From NCBI RefSeq assembly GCF_003334405.1, contig NZ_QOWM01000004.1: a stretch of DNA of 64,000 nt; one strand, 5' to 3'. Shown in pieces: positions 1 through 14,539 of this stretch. Both the position numbers and the translations under genes were made by a program. The stretch comes from Escherichia coli. Its GTDB lineage: Bacteria > Pseudomonadota > Gammaproteobacteria > Enterobacterales > Enterobacteriaceae. The notes beneath the pieces were generated by a model that saw only the letters and a program-made list of their open reading frames with translations, did not search any database and was not told where the DNA came from. The number at the start of each line of letters is the position of its first letter. The stretch's first letter is position 1.

Positions 1-661
1 AGCGGGAGAACGTATTTTGCCTGCGTTACCGCCACGTATCTCTGCTGCGGCCCACAACGAGCTAACGAAACTTGGCGTTCGCGTGCTGACGCAAACCATG
101 GTCACCAGTGCTGATGAAGGCGGCCTGCACACTAAAGATGGCGAATATATTGAGGCTGATCTGATGGTATGGGCAGCCGGGATCAAAGCGCCAGACTTCC
201 TGAAAGATATCGGTGGTCTTGAAACTAACCGTATCAACCAGCTGGTGGTGGAACCGACGCTGCAAACCACCCGCGATCCAGACATTTACGCTATTGGCGA
301 CTGCGCGTCATGCCCGCGTCCGGAAGGGGGCTTTGTTCCGCCGCGTGCTCAGGCTGCACACCAGATGGCGACTTGCGCAATGAACAACATTCTGGCGCAG
401 ATGAACGGTAAGCCGCTGAAAAATTATCAGTATAAAGATCATGGTTCGCTGGTATCGCTGTCGAACTTCTCCACCGTCGGTAGCCTGATGGGTAACCTGA
501 CGCGCGGCTCAATGATGATTGAAGGACGAATTGCGCGCTTTGTATATATCTCGCTATACCGAATGCATCAGATTGCGCTGCATGGTTACTTTAAAACCGG
601 ATTAATGATGCTGGTGGGGAGTATTAACCGCGTTATCCGTCCGCGTTTGAAGTTGCATTAA
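1..661 (+). CDS. ndh: NADH:quinone oxidoreductase II (NDH-2), C-terminal ~214 aa; 5' end outside window
   Basis: ORF 17..661 is open back to the window start; FAD/NAD-binding flavoprotein C-terminus recognised; synteny with ycfJ downstream. Confidence 0.9.
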
Positions 662-870
662 TCGACGTACACTGGCGGATGTGGCATAAACGCCTCATCC
701 GCCCTTGAGGAACAGCGCGATCGGCAGCCGCGTTGTATCAGGCATCCTTTCAGACTCCTCCGAATCCTTAAGTATTTCCAGCCATTCCCGCGCTTTTCAT
801 CTTCTGTCTGATAGCTGCTTTTCTCCTTCGCTTGCATGATTGGCATAACTGCAAAGAAGGAGGTGTTCCC

Positions 871-1410
871 GTGAATAAATCAATGTTGGCGGGTATCGGG
901 ATTGGTGTCGCAGCTGCGCTGGGCGTAGCGGCAGTGGCCAGTCTGAACGTGTTTGAACGGGGCCCGCAATACGCTCAGGTTGTTTCTGCAACCCCAATCA
1001 AGGAAACGGTTAAAACACCGCGTCAGGAGTGTCGCAACGTCACAGTGACCCATCGTCGACCGGTGCAGGATGAAAATCGCATTACCGGGTCGGTGCTCGG
1101 CGCTGTTGCTGGCGGCGTGATAGGGCATCAGTTTGGTGGTGGTCGCGGTAAAGATGTCGCCACTGTTGTGGGGGCGCTGGGTGGTGGATATGCCGGTAAC
1201 CAGATCCAGGGCTCTCTCCAGGAAAGCGATACTTACACGACTACGCAACAGCGTTGTAAAACGGTGTATGACAAGTCAGAAAAAATGCTCGGTTATGATG
1301 TGACCTATAAGATTGGCGATCAGCAGGGCAAAATCCGCATGGACCGCGATCCGGGTACGCAGATCCCGCTAGATAGCAACGGGCAACTGATTTTGAATAA
1401 CAAAGTATAA
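871..1410 (+). CDS. ycfJ: Small glycine-rich membrane-anchored protein YcfJ (179 aa)
   Basis: ORF 832..1410; likely GTG start at 871 giving MNKSMLAGIGIG...; Gly-zipper-like N-terminus; synteny. Confidence 0.85.
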   Translation: MNKSMLAGIGIGVAAALGVAAVASLNVFERGPQYAQVVSATPIKETVKTPRQECRNVTVTHRRPVQDENRITGSVLGAVAGGVIGHQFGGGRGKDVATVVGALGGGYAGNQIQGSLQESDTYTTTQQRCKTVYDKSEKMLGYDVTYKIGDQQGKIRMDRDPGTQIPLDSNGQLILNNKV

Positions 1411-1432
1411 CAAGGCTGTACTCTGCAATTTG

Positions 1433-1467
1433 GCCCCTCATTCGCTCAGGCTGAGGGGCTTTTTTTG
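1433..1467. terminator. Rho-independent terminator between convergent ycfJ and comR
   Basis: GC hairpin gcccctca...tgaggggc followed by T7 run. Confidence 0.7.
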
Positions 1468-1471
1468 CGAC

Positions 1472-2104
1472 TTATTTCACCAGTTCGGGCCATAAACGCA
1501 AAGTCGTTCCGGCAATCTGCATCAGTTTTTCCAGCGATGCACCTTCGCGTGCGCTGATCGACATCCCCTGAATAATACAATTAAGGAATTCTGCCAGATG
1601 TGTCACGTCACAGTGGGGCGGGATTTCCCCGCGCGCTTGTCGTTGACATAAAAACTGCTGCAAAGTGCGCTCTTGCATCGCATGGCGTGATTTCAACGTA
1701 TTGGCGATATCTCCTGAATCTGGGGAGAGGGTGGTGCAGTTGTTGATCATGAAGCAGCCTGCCGGGGTGTCTTTGCTGGTAAAGCAGTTGGCGATGGCAG
1801 CAAAATAGTCAGCCAGCGCAGACTCCACGCTTTTCTCTTCACAAAACAGCTGTGCTTCATGCTTAGCGGCAAAACGATCGATATAGCGGTCGAGAACGGC
1901 ACGAAATAACCCCTCTTTGTTGGTAAATTCCGCGTATAGCGTGGGCGCTTTGGCTCCGGTCGCTTCGACGAGGTCCGCAAGAGAAGTCGCTTCATAACCG
2001 TGTTGCCAGAACAATTTCATGGCCTTATCAAGCGCGGCATCCCTGTCGAACACTTTTGGGCGGCCACGGCTTTTTTTTACACATTGTGTTGAGTCAGTTG
2101 CCAT
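1472..2104 (-). CDS. comR: TetR-family transcriptional repressor ComR (YcfQ), 210 aa
   Basis: ORF 1472..2182; start placed at MATDSTQCVKKSRGRPK; TetR HTH near N-terminus; divergent from bhsA. Confidence 0.9.
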   Translation of the reverse strand: MATDSTQCVKKSRGRPKVFDRDAALDKAMKLFWQHGYEATSLADLVEATGAKAPTLYAEFTNKEGLFRAVLDRYIDRFAAKHEAQLFCEEKSVESALADYFAAIANCFTSKDTPAGCFMINNCTTLSPDSGDIANTLKSRHAMQERTLQQFLCQRQARGEIPPHCDVTHLAEFLNCIIQGMSISAREGASLEKLMQIAGTTLRLWPELVK

Positions 2105-2344
2105 GATGCCGTTGTACCTGGTGACTGTGAATGAAAGGTTATTATAAAAATAATCACCTCCGTTCACCAGTCCAGATCCCATAAAAATAATTGCTTTCTA
2201 TTTAACTGAAATTTAAAGATTTTTAAATTAATTAATGATTGTTATAAAAAATATCTTGTATGTGATCCAGATCACATCTATCATTTAGTTATCGATCGTT
2301 AAGTAATTGCTTGCGACGTCATTCATCTGCATAAGGCCACTATT

Positions 2345-2602
2345 ATGAAAAACGTAAAAACCCTCATCGCTGCGGCGATTTTAAGCTCCATGTCATTTGC
2401 CAGCTTTGCGGCTGTCGAAGTTCAGTCAACGCCAGAAGGCCAACAAAAAGTCGGTACAATCAGTGCTAACGCGGGGACAAATCTGGGATCGCTGGAAGAG
2501 CAGCTGGCGCAAAAAGCGGATGAGATGGGCGCAAAATCTTTCCGTATTACTTCTGTAACCGGTCCGAATACCCTCCATGGAACAGCAGTAATTTATAAAT
2601 AA
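2345..2602 (+). CDS. bhsA: Stress and biofilm outer-membrane protein BhsA/YcfR (85 aa, YhcN family)
   Basis: ORF 2345..2602 MKNVKTLIAAAILSS... with signal peptide; synteny. Confidence 0.92.
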   Translation: MKNVKTLIAAAILSSMSFASFAAVEVQSTPEGQQKVGTISANAGTNLGSLEEQLAQKADEMGAKSFRITSVTGPNTLHGTAVIYK

Positions 2603-2642
2603 GCATTAACCCTCATTAATGCCTGCTACTGCTGATTTTTTC

Positions 2643-2676
2643 CCCGCGACATGCCGTGTCGCGGGGATTTTTTTAT
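2643..2676 (+). terminator. Rho-independent terminator after bhsA
   Basis: Hairpin ccccgcgacatgccgtgtcgcgggg followed by attttttt. Confidence 0.75.
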
Positions 2677-2683
2677 CCGGGCT

Positions 2684-3649
2684 TTACAGCGTTTGTGGGC
2701 TCACTTGATGACGGCGGACATCCACCGGCATCCCGGAACGGACATCCATCACATGTTGCATCACTTCAGCGTCAGTTTGTGCTGCATCTTTAAATGATTG
2801 CATTGCGCTATTCAGCGTAATTGGCAGCAGCTGCGGATCGTCATCAATCTTCTCTGACAGCGGCTGATGTACTTCAACCAGACGCGCACCGTTTGGTTCG
2901 GCAGAGACTTTTATCGGAGTGTTGATGATATTCACTTTGGTGCCTGGGGTGACCTGGCTAAAGAGTGTTTTGATATCGTCATCCCGCAGACGAATACAGC
3001 CAGAACTTACCCGCATGCCAATGCCGAAATCGGCGTTCGTACCATGAAGCAAATAAACGCCGCCATAGGCCGCCAGACGAATCGCATGATGGCCCATTGG
3101 GTTATCCGGTCCAGCCGGCACTACCGCAGGCAACTCAATTCCCTGTGCTTTATAACGGGCGCGGATGTTTGCCGTTGGCGTCCAGGTTGGGTTTGCACGT
3201 TTGTCTGAAACGGTGGTCACCATTGTCGGTGTCAGCGTGTCACCACCTAACTGACCAATACCTATTGGATACACGGTTACCGAATTTTTACCCGGCGGGT
3301 AGTAATAGAGACGCAGCTCCGCAATGTTGATCACAATGCCTTCGCGCGGCGCATCTGGAAGTAGGGTTTGCAACGGGATCGTTAACACGCTGCCCGCGCG
3401 CGGTACGTAAGGATCAACGCCGGGGTTAGCCTGTAACAGAGCGAGAAAGCCGACGTTGTATTTTTTGGCGATGGCTTCCAGAGAACCACCGTCATTTTCC
3501 ACCACATGAAATTTGTTTTCGCCAACCAGACGACTGCCCGCTGGCGGCAGCGGCCAGGTGTTGGCTTTTGCCGGTAGCGCCAGCGCCACGGCAGCGGCGA
3601 ACGTAAAAAACGTTAGCCAGCGAGAAAAACGCGTTTTGATCATCACCAA
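2684..3649 (-). CDS. ldtC: L,D-transpeptidase LdtC (YcfS), LysM + YkuD domains
   Basis: ORF 2684..3649, 321 aa; signal peptide; catalytic motif ...HGTNADFGIGMRVSSGCIRL... Confidence 0.9.
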   Translation of the reverse strand: MVMIKTRFSRWLTFFTFAAAVALALPAKANTWPLPPAGSRLVGENKFHVVENDGGSLEAIAKKYNVGFLALLQANPGVDPYVPRAGSVLTIPLQTLLPDAPREGIVINIAELRLYYYPPGKNSVTVYPIGIGQLGGDTLTPTMVTTVSDKRANPTWTPTANIRARYKAQGIELPAVVPAGPDNPMGHHAIRLAAYGGVYLLHGTNADFGIGMRVSSGCIRLRDDDIKTLFSQVTPGTKVNIINTPIKVSAEPNGARLVEVHQPLSEKIDDDPQLLPITLNSAMQSFKDAAQTDAEVMQHVMDVRSGMPVDVRRHQVSPQTL

Positions 3650-3789
3650 AAATCCATAATAAATATAAGGTTATTGTAATAAACAGATAAGCCTGAATTA
3701 TGGATGGTGACAGTGTCGGATAGTGCAGGGAAGTGCAAAGAATTTGTAAATGTTGCAGATGGGGGCGCAGAAACGCCCCCGATTTACCA

Positions 3790-6700
3790 TTAAGCGATCG
3801 CGTTCTCTTCCAGTTCACGCATAAACTGGCGTACCCATTCGATACGCGTTTTCCGCTCACTCAAATCCTGAATAAATTTCAGGCGCGTCGGACCATCAAG
3901 GCGGTAATGCTGCGGCTGTTTTTGCAGCAAACCAATCAACCAGGCCGGATTAACGTGATTCTTCTCGGCAAATTCGATCACCCCGCCTTTCTCATTACCT
4001 TCCAGCTTCCTGATCCCCAGTTTCTGCGCTTGCTGGCGCAGACGGGCAATATCCAGCAGGGTACGCGCCGGATCTGGCAGCAGGCCGAAGCGATCGATAA
4101 GCTCGACTTTGATCTCTTCCAGTTCGTTTTCCGTTTTGGCGCTGGCAATACGTTTGTAGAACGACAGACGCGTGTTCACGTCAGGGATGAAATCATCTGG
4201 CAATAGCGACGGCATCCGCAGCTCGACTTCTGTTTGCTGGCTGGTGAGATCTTCCAGCGACGGCTCGCGTCCGGCTTTCAGTGCATCGACGGCGTTTTCC
4301 AGCAACTCCATATACAGCGAGAAACCGATGGTTTCCATTGAGCCGCTTTGTTCTTCGCCAAGCAGTTCACCCGCGCCGCGAATCTCCAGATCGTGCGTTG
4401 CCAGCGCAAAACCTGCCCCGAGATCTTCCAGCGAGGCAATTGCTTCAAGACGTTTTTGTGCATCGGTAGTCATCGCTTTTGGATGCGGTGTCAGCAACCA
4501 TGCATATGCCTGATGATGCGAACGTCCGACGCGACCGCGTAACTGGTGCAGCTGCGCCAGACCGAAGTGATCCGCGCGTTCAATGATAATAGTGTTGGCT
4601 GTCGGGATGTCGATCCCGGTTTCGATAATGGTTGTACAAACCAGCACGTTGAAACGTTGATGATGGAAATCATTCATCACCCGTTCCAGTTCGCGCTCGC
4701 GCATCTGCCCGTGACCGATGGCGATCCGCGCTTCTGGCACCAGTTCTGCCAGCCGTTCGGCGGCTTTCTGAATGTTTTCCACATCATTGTAGAGATAATA
4801 AACCTGTCCTCCGCGCAAAATTTCACGCAGGATCGCCTCCCGGACCACCATGCTGTCATACTCACGGACAAAGGTTTTAACTGCCAGACGACGGGCGGGC
4901 GGCGTGGCGATAATCGACAGGTCACGCATTCCGCTCATTGCCATATTCAGCGTACGTGGGATCGGCGTTGCAGTAAGCGTCAGAATATCCACGTTCGCGC
5001 GCATCGCTTTAATGCGCTCTTTATGACGCACCCCGAAGCGGTGTTCTTCATCGACAATCAGCAGGCCTAAATCTTTAAACTTGACGTCACTTTGCAGCAG
5101 TTTGTGCGTACCGATCAGAATATCGATTTTCCCTTCCGCCACTTCCGCAAGGATTTGCGTCTGCTCTTTGGCGCTGCGGAAACGGGAGATCATTTCGATA
5201 CGTACCGGCCAGTTGGCGAAACGGTCGCGGAAGTTGTCGTAATGCTGCTGCGCGAGAAGGGTGGTAGGCACCAGCACCGCCACCTGCTTGTGGTTATCTA
5301 CTGCCAGGAAAGCTGCGCGCATCGCCACTTCTGTTTTACCAAAGCCAACATCGCCGCACACCAGACGATCCATTGCCAGCGGCTGACACATGTCGCTAAG
5401 TACCGCATTAATGGCCTGCGCCTGATCCGGCGTGGTTTCAAACGGGAAGCTGTCGCAGAACAACTGATACTGCTCACGATCGTGTTTAAACGCGAAGCCC
5501 TCTTTGGCGGCGCGTTGCGCGTAGATATCCAGCAATTCCGCCGCCACATCACGCACTTTTTCCGCCGCTTTCTGCCGCGCGCGTGACCACGCATCGCCGC
5601 CAAGTTTATGCAGCGGGGCGTTTTCTTCCGCGCCACCTGCGTAACGGCTAATCAGATGCAGTGACGACACCGGAACATACAGTTTGGCGTCGTTGGCATA
5701 GGTGAGCATCAGATACTCGCCAGTAATGCCACCCGCTTCCAGCGTGGTCATTCCGGCATAACGACCGACGCCGTGCTCCAGATGGACCACCGGCTGACCA
5801 ATATGCAGTTCCGCAAGGTTACGGATCAGTGTATCGGGGTTGATGGTGCGGCGAGAATCCTGACGACGACGGGCAACGCGTTCACCGAGCAGATCGCTTT
5901 CGCAAATCAGCGCCAGATTACGCACCGTATCGACAAAACCATGTTCGGCAGCGCCAATCATCAGATAACGCCCACGGTCGCTGGCTTCATCAAGACGCAT
6001 AATGCGTTGCGGAGCAATTTTAATTCGTGCGAGCAGTTCACCCAGCGCTTCACGGCGACCTTCACTTTCTACCGAGAACACCACCGGACCGTCGAAAGTC
6101 TCGAGGAACTTACGCAGCGCATCCAGCGGCGCTTTTTGTTGTGCCTGAACGGCCAGGTCTGGCAGTTTCTGGAAACCTAAATTGGCATTCGCGGCTTTTG
6201 TCGGTAAATGTTCAGTTTTTAGCTGCACCCGGGGCCAGTTTTTCAGCTCTGAGAAGAGCTCGTCCACCCGCAGCCAGAGCGATTGTGGTGGCAACAGCGG
6301 GCGCATCGGATCGACGCCGCGATTCTCAAAACGCGCCAGCGTGTCAGCCTGGAAACGTTCGGCACTGGTTTCCAGATCGCCAGTATTCACGAGCAAGGTA
6401 TTGGCAGGGAAATAACTGAACAGCGGCGGCAGTGGTTCGCTGAAGAACAATGGCTGCCAGTACTCGATCCCGGCAGGTAATGTGCCTTTACTCACTTGCT
6501 GGTAAATATGTTCTGGATCGCGCTTCACTTCGAAGGTATCGCGCCACTGGCTGCGGAACAGTTCAATTGCCGCTTTATCGGTCGGAAATTCGTGCGCGGG
6601 CAGCAGATTGATCGCTTCTACTTCCTCCAGCGTGCGCTGGCTGTCGACGTCAAACACCCGCAGGCTGTCGATTTCATCATCAAAGAAATCAAGACGATAA

Positions 6701-7236
6701 GGCAGCTCACTCCCCATCGGGAAGAGATCCAGCAACGCGCCGCGCGTGGCGTATTCGCCGTGCTCCATCACCTGGTCAACATGGCGATAACCGGCGCTGT
6801 CCAGTTGGGTTCGTAATGCATCTCGTGACAGGCGCTGACCTTTTTTCATCACCAGCGCATGACCGTGGAGAAAACTGTGTGGGCAAACGCGCTGCATAAG
6901 CGTATTCACCGGAACAATCAGTACGCCACGCTGCATCGTCGGTAGCTGGTAAAGGGTGGAAAGGCGCGAGGAGATAATGTCCTGATGAGGCGAAAAACTG
7001 TCGTAGGGAAGAGTTTCCCAGTCCGCCAGATTCATCACCATTTGATCGGTAAACTGGCTGATTTCATCATGCAAACGCAGAGCATTTTGCATATCTGGTG
7101 CAATGAGTACCACCGGACCGGCGTGACGTTCGGCAATTTCCGCTACCAGCGTTGCACAGGCTGCGCCGGTTAACTCGCCCAGCAGACGCTGCTCACCCGC
7201 TTTGACGGGCAGCGTATAACGATATTGTTCAGGCAT
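3790..7236 (-). CDS. mfd: Transcription-repair coupling factor Mfd (1148 aa)
   Basis: ORF 3790..7299; start placed at MPEQYRYTLPVKAGEQRLLGEL; helicase motifs GDVGFGKTEVAMRAAF and LIVDEEHRFG present. Confidence 0.95.
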   Translation of the reverse strand: MPEQYRYTLPVKAGEQRLLGELTGAACATLVAEIAERHAGPVVLIAPDMQNALRLHDEISQFTDQMVMNLADWETLPYDSFSPHQDIISSRLSTLYQLPTMQRGVLIVPVNTLMQRVCPHSFLHGHALVMKKGQRLSRDALRTQLDSAGYRHVDQVMEHGEYATRGALLDLFPMGSELPYRLDFFDDEIDSLRVFDVDSQRTLEEVEAINLLPAHEFPTDKAAIELFRSQWRDTFEVKRDPEHIYQQVSKGTLPAGIEYWQPLFFSEPLPPLFSYFPANTLLVNTGDLETSAERFQADTLARFENRGVDPMRPLLPPQSLWLRVDELFSELKNWPRVQLKTEHLPTKAANANLGFQKLPDLAVQAQQKAPLDALRKFLETFDGPVVFSVESEGRREALGELLARIKIAPQRIMRLDEASDRGRYLMIGAAEHGFVDTVRNLALICESDLLGERVARRRQDSRRTINPDTLIRNLAELHIGQPVVHLEHGVGRYAGMTTLEAGGITGEYLMLTYANDAKLYVPVSSLHLISRYAGGAEENAPLHKLGGDAWSRARQKAAEKVRDVAAELLDIYAQRAAKEGFAFKHDREQYQLFCDSFPFETTPDQAQAINAVLSDMCQPLAMDRLVCGDVGFGKTEVAMRAAFLAVDNHKQVAVLVPTTLLAQQHYDNFRDRFANWPVRIEMISRFRSAKEQTQILAEVAEGKIDILIGTHKLLQSDVKFKDLGLLIVDEEHRFGVRHKERIKAMRANVDILTLTATPIPRTLNMAMSGMRDLSIIATPPARRLAVKTFVREYDSMVVREAILREILRGGQVYYLYNDVENIQKAAERLAELVPEARIAIGHGQMRERELERVMNDFHHQRFNVLVCTTIIETGIDIPTANTIIIERADHFGLAQLHQLRGRVGRSHHQAYAWLLTPHPKAMTTDAQKRLEAIASLEDLGAGFALATHDLEIRGAGELLGEEQSGSMETIGFSLYMELLENAVDALKAGREPSLEDLTSQQTEVELRMPSLLPDDFIPDVNTRLSFYKRIASAKTENELEEIKVELIDRFGLLPDPARTLLDIARLRQQAQKLGIRKLEGNEKGGVIEFAEKNHVNPAWLIGLLQKQPQHYRLDGPTRLKFIQDLSERKTRIEWVRQFMRELEENAIA

Positions 7237-7363
7237 AACGGTTGTCAGATTCTCGTTAGGATATGCCTCAACATATGGGGGCATATCTCTGATAAGCAAT
7301 GCTGTTCATTATCCGTAATCGACATGGTTTAGCAAATTGAATCGCCCCGGCTGGGGCGATGGC

Positions 7364-8437
7364 TTAGCGGGAGTAACTGACGGCAGCGGGCAGTGAAGGC
7401 GGGGAGAACAACAGATCGCTGAATGCACGCTGTGAAAGTTTTCTTACCAGCAAGCCCGCAACAGTACAGATGAACAAACTGACAAAGGGATAAACCAGCA
7501 GGAGTGTCAGTTCGACTTGCGGCGACCAGCGTGCTGCGTTCATTTGCGCAAGCAGAGTTAAGCTGAATATTTCAACCAGAATGCGATGGGTGGTGTAGAT
7601 AGCAATGGTGTTGGAGCCAATCACATTCAGCAGGCTGGTGGAGCGCATACCGAATCGTTGCTCGTATTGATAAAACAGCTTCATGATCACCACAATCGAT
7701 ACCAGCGACAACAGCAGCGAGATAGTAAACAACCAGGCACCGACCGCCAGAACGGTAAGCAAAGAAGCCATCAGCAGATGGCGGCGCAACGGCACCTCTT
7801 TAACACAGGTCATTATTGTTGCGCCAAACCATGCGCCAAGGCTGTAATAAGGCAAATTGCGGATCACACTGTTCATTCCCCACCACGGCGTGGGAACGAA
7901 ATTAACCGCCACACTCAGCAGTACAAACAAGGCGAATAGTGGCAGCGCCAGACGGCTAAAAATTTTACATACCACGAAATAGACAATTAACGCATACAGA
8001 TACCACAAGCTGGTGCTGGCGGTGATCATCCCGTGCAGGAACTCACCGGTGGAATCGGCATAAGCGGCATTGGAGGCATTGCTTAAATCGCGCTCAGGTG
8101 CCAGCCACTGGTTCAGCGCACTTAACGCCAGCCACTGCACCACGCCCCAAAGCGCCAGCACCCAGAAGATGTTCCAGATCCGTTTATCGAGACAATTTCC
8201 CCACGGTACGCTGTCGATATAGCGGCGAATCAAATAGCCGGATATAAAGAAAAAAACCGGCATACGAAAGGGGGCAAGGTAAAGATTGAAATAGATCCAG
8301 CATTTGCTCAGGACTTCCGATAACGGATGCTGAAAAGTGGTCAGATGCGGATAAAAGGTAATGACCGAGTGATAAATCACCACCAGACAAATACATAACC
8401 CTTTGATCTGGTTAATCCATAGCTCTTTTTGTTTCAT
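7364..8437 (-). CDS. ycfT: Inner-membrane acyltransferase-3 family protein YcfT (357 aa)
   Basis: ORF 7364..8437; multi-pass membrane protein; synteny between mfd and lolC. Confidence 0.88.
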   Translation of the reverse strand: MKQKELWINQIKGLCICLVVIYHSVITFYPHLTTFQHPLSEVLSKCWIYFNLYLAPFRMPVFFFISGYLIRRYIDSVPWGNCLDKRIWNIFWVLALWGVVQWLALSALNQWLAPERDLSNASNAAYADSTGEFLHGMITASTSLWYLYALIVYFVVCKIFSRLALPLFALFVLLSVAVNFVPTPWWGMNSVIRNLPYYSLGAWFGATIMTCVKEVPLRRHLLMASLLTVLAVGAWLFTISLLLSLVSIVVIMKLFYQYEQRFGMRSTSLLNVIGSNTIAIYTTHRILVEIFSLTLLAQMNAARWSPQVELTLLLVYPFVSLFICTVAGLLVRKLSQRAFSDLLFSPPSLPAAVSYSR

Positions 8438-8587
8438 CAGGACAACACGCTCTTTTTTAATTTACATGCGGTTGATCCTGCGGGTTATGACCCGAGGTGT
8501 AATGGGTATCTGTCTGTATTGGATGATTTTTCAGATTAAGATCAGGCGGCAAGATTGATGATAAAACATGGCAATTTAGCCGATTGA

Positions 8588-11836
<3,249 letters not shown>

Positions 11837-11864
11837 AGGCAGTACATTAAAACAAGGAGCGGCA

Positions 11865-12776
11865 ATGTATTACGGGTTTGATATTGGTGGAACAAAAATT
11901 GCGCTTGGCGTGTTTGATAGCGGTCGGCAGTTGCAGTGGGAAAAGCGGGTGCCGACACCGCGTGACAGCTATGACGCATTTTTAGATGCAGTGTGTGAGC
12001 TGGTAGCTGAAGCTGACCAACGTTTTGGCTGTAAAGGTTCTGTCGGCATCGGTATTCCGGGAATGCCGGAAACAGAAGATGGTACGCTGTATGCCGCCAA
12101 TGTCCCCGCTGCCAGCGGTAAACCGCTGCGTGCCGACCTGAGCGCACGTCTTGATCGCGATGTACGCCTTGATAACGATGCCAACTGTTTTGCCCTTTCA
12201 GAAGCCTGGGATGATGAATTTACTCAATATCCACTGGTGATGGGGTTGATTCTCGGCACCGGTGTTGGCGGCGGGCTGATTTTCAACGGCAAACCGATTA
12301 CCGGTAAAAGCTACATTACCGGCGAGTTTGGCCATATGCGTCTGCCGGTTGATGCGTTAACCATGATGGGGTTGGATTTCCCGTTACGCCGCTGCGGCTG
12401 TGGTCAGCATGGCTGCATTGAAAATTATCTGTCTGGTCGCGGTTTTGCGTGGCTGTATCAACACTATTATCATCAACCGTTGCAGGCTCCCGAAATTATT
12501 GCGCTTTATGATCAAGGCGATGAGCAGGCAAGGGCGCACGTTGAGCGTTATCTGGATTTATTAGCGGTTTGTCTGGGAAATATCCTGACCATCGTTGACC
12601 CTGACCTGGTCGTCATTGGTGGTGGCTTATCGAATTTCCCGGCAATCACAACGCAACTGGCGGACAGGCTGCCTCGTCATCTCTTACCTGTAGCTCGTGT
12701 TCCGCGCATTGAACGCGCGCGCCACGGTGATGCGGGAGGAATGCGTGGTGCGGCCTTCCTACATCTAACCGATTAA
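11865..12776 (+). CDS. nagK: N-acetyl-D-glucosamine kinase NagK (303 aa), ROK family
   Basis: ORF 11805..12776; start placed at [19 protein letters not shown] zinc motif CGCGQHGC. Confidence 0.93.
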
Positions 12777-12791
12777 ACAACAGAGGTTGCT

Positions 12792-13631
12792 ATGCTGTCG
12801 CGTCGGGGTCATCGGTTAAGTCGTTTTCGTAAAAATAAACGCCGCCTGCGCGAGCGTTTGCGTCAGCGTATTTTTTTCAGAGATAAAGTGGTGCCGGAAG
12901 CAATGGAAAAACCAAGAGTACTCGTACTGACAGGGGCAGGAATTTCTGCGGAATCAGGTATTCGTACCTTTCGCGCCGCAGATGGCCTGTGGGAAGAACA
13001 TCGGGTTGAAGATGTGGCAACGCCGGAAGGTTTCGATCGCGATCCTGAACTGGTGCAAGCGTTTTATAACGCCCGTCGTCGACAGCTGCAGCAGCCAGAA
13101 ATTCAGCCTAACGCCGCGCATCTTGCGCTGGCTAAACTGCAAGACGCCCTCGGCGATCGCTTTTTGCTGGTGACGCAGAATATCGACAACCTGCATGAAC
13201 GCGCAGGTAATACCAATGTGATTCATATGCATGGGGAACTGCTGAAAGTGCGTTGTTCACAAAGTGGTCAGGTTCTCGACTGGACAGGAGACGTTACCCC
13301 AGAAGATAAATGCCATTGTTGCCAGTTTCCGGCACCCTTGCGCCCGCACGTAGTGTGGTTTGGCGAAATGCCACTCGGCATGGATGAAATTTATATGGCG
13401 TTGTCGATGGCCGATATTTTCATTGCCATTGGCACATCCGGGCATGTTTATCCGGCGGCTGGGTTTGTTCACGAAGCGAAACTGCATGGCGCGCACACCG
13501 TGGAACTGAATCTTGAACCGAGTCAGGTTGGTAATGAATTTGCCGAGAAATATTACGGCCCGGCAAGCCAGGTGGTGCCTGAGTTTGTTGAAAAGTTGCT
13601 GAAGGGATTAAAAGCGGGAAGCATTGCCTGA
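12792..13631 (+). CDS. cobB: NAD-dependent protein deacylase CobB (sirtuin), long form with Arg-rich N-terminal extension
   Basis: ORF 12792..13631; sirtuin motifs GAGISAESG and [12 protein letters not shown]; internal MEKPRVLV start corresponds to the short isoform. Confidence 0.93.
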   Translation: MLSRRGHRLSRFRKNKRRLRERLRQRIFFRDKVVPEAMEKPRVLVLTGAGISAESGIRTFRAADGLWEEHRVEDVATPEGFDRDPELVQAFYNARRRQLQQPEIQPNAAHLALAKLQDALGDRFLLVTQNIDNLHERAGNTNVIHMHGELLKVRCSQSGQVLDWTGDVTPEDKCHCCQFPAPLRPHVVWFGEMPLGMDEIYMALSMADIFIAIGTSGHVYPAAGFVHEAKLHGAHTVELNLEPSQVGNEFAEKYYGPASQVVPEFVEKLLKGLKAGSIA

Positions 13632-13637
13632 TGCACT

Positions 13638-13722
13638 ACGCTTATCAGGCCTGCAAGGGGACGCAATTAATTGAATTTGCGGGTTTTGTGGGCCGGATAA
13701 GGCGTTCGCGCCCCATCCGGCA
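13638..13722. repeat. REP (repetitive extragenic palindrome) elements between convergent cobB and ycfZ
   Basis: gccggataaggcgttcgcgccccatccggc and cttatcaggcctgcaag match the E. coli REP consensus. Confidence 0.6.
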
Positions 13723-13750
13723 TAATACACGCGCACTTTTCCGGCCTCTT

Positions 13751-14539
13751 TTATCGTTTACTCGTCAATAACAATGCGGCAATAAACGTACAGACACCAA
13801 TTAGCCCTGCCCAGAGTGGCGATATTCTGGTAATCGCAAAGCTATTATCGATATACAAACATAAAGCCTGATAACCCATATTGGCAATAGTCATCGCCAC
13901 TGCAAATTTTAACGCATAAATAAAACGAGTCGTGTAGTAAAAGATCCTGGAAAATAAGATAAACGTCGCAGCCCAGGCGATAAAACCTAATGTGTTGGTG
14001 CTGCCGGGGGGAGCATTTTCATGCTGTTGTCCTGGATGCGGATAATACGTTAGTGGCGGCGTCGATTGTTTTAATATCTGTGCTTGTAGAACAGCCAATG
14101 CATTATTGATTCCCTGATACCAGAGATCTGCATTTAAATAAGCCAGCGTGTGATTTTCTATCAGAAGGCCGAGATGTTTATCGTCCAGACCACTTTCAAC
14201 CTGGCCGTTGGTGATCATAATTAACCGTGGTTCGCGGGTAGTAAATAGTAACAGAACACTTCCTTTTACATCACTCAATGAAGATGACGCATGCGCCAGC
14301 ATCGCTTTACCATTTTGTCTGAGACTGGCTTCATTATTAATGTCGGGTAAAACCACAATAAACGGTGCAATTCCCGTTTGTTGGCGAAAAAGCTCGGCTT
14401 TATGCGCGATCTCTTCAGCATCTGGTACAGTACCGGTAACGTCCGTAAAAAGTGTCTTCATTATTGGAATTAATGGCTTGCTGGCTGCTGTCAGAGGCAG
14501 GAGTATCAGTAAACTGAGCAGTATAATGAATTTTTTCAT
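13751..14539 (-). CDS. ycfZ: TPM-domain inner-membrane protein YcfZ (262 aa), function unknown
   Basis: ORF 13751..14539; signal peptide plus C-terminal TM helices; start overlaps ymfA stop. Confidence 0.88.

Noticed and set aside
3762-3781. Hairpin gggggcgcagaaacgccccc downstream of mfd as its terminator
   Set aside because: No U-tract in the orientation needed for the minus-strand mfd transcript; left uncalled
4172-7173. Numerous 60-175 aa ORFs on the plus strand
   Set aside because: All are antisense to mfd or in alternate frames of it; no independent support
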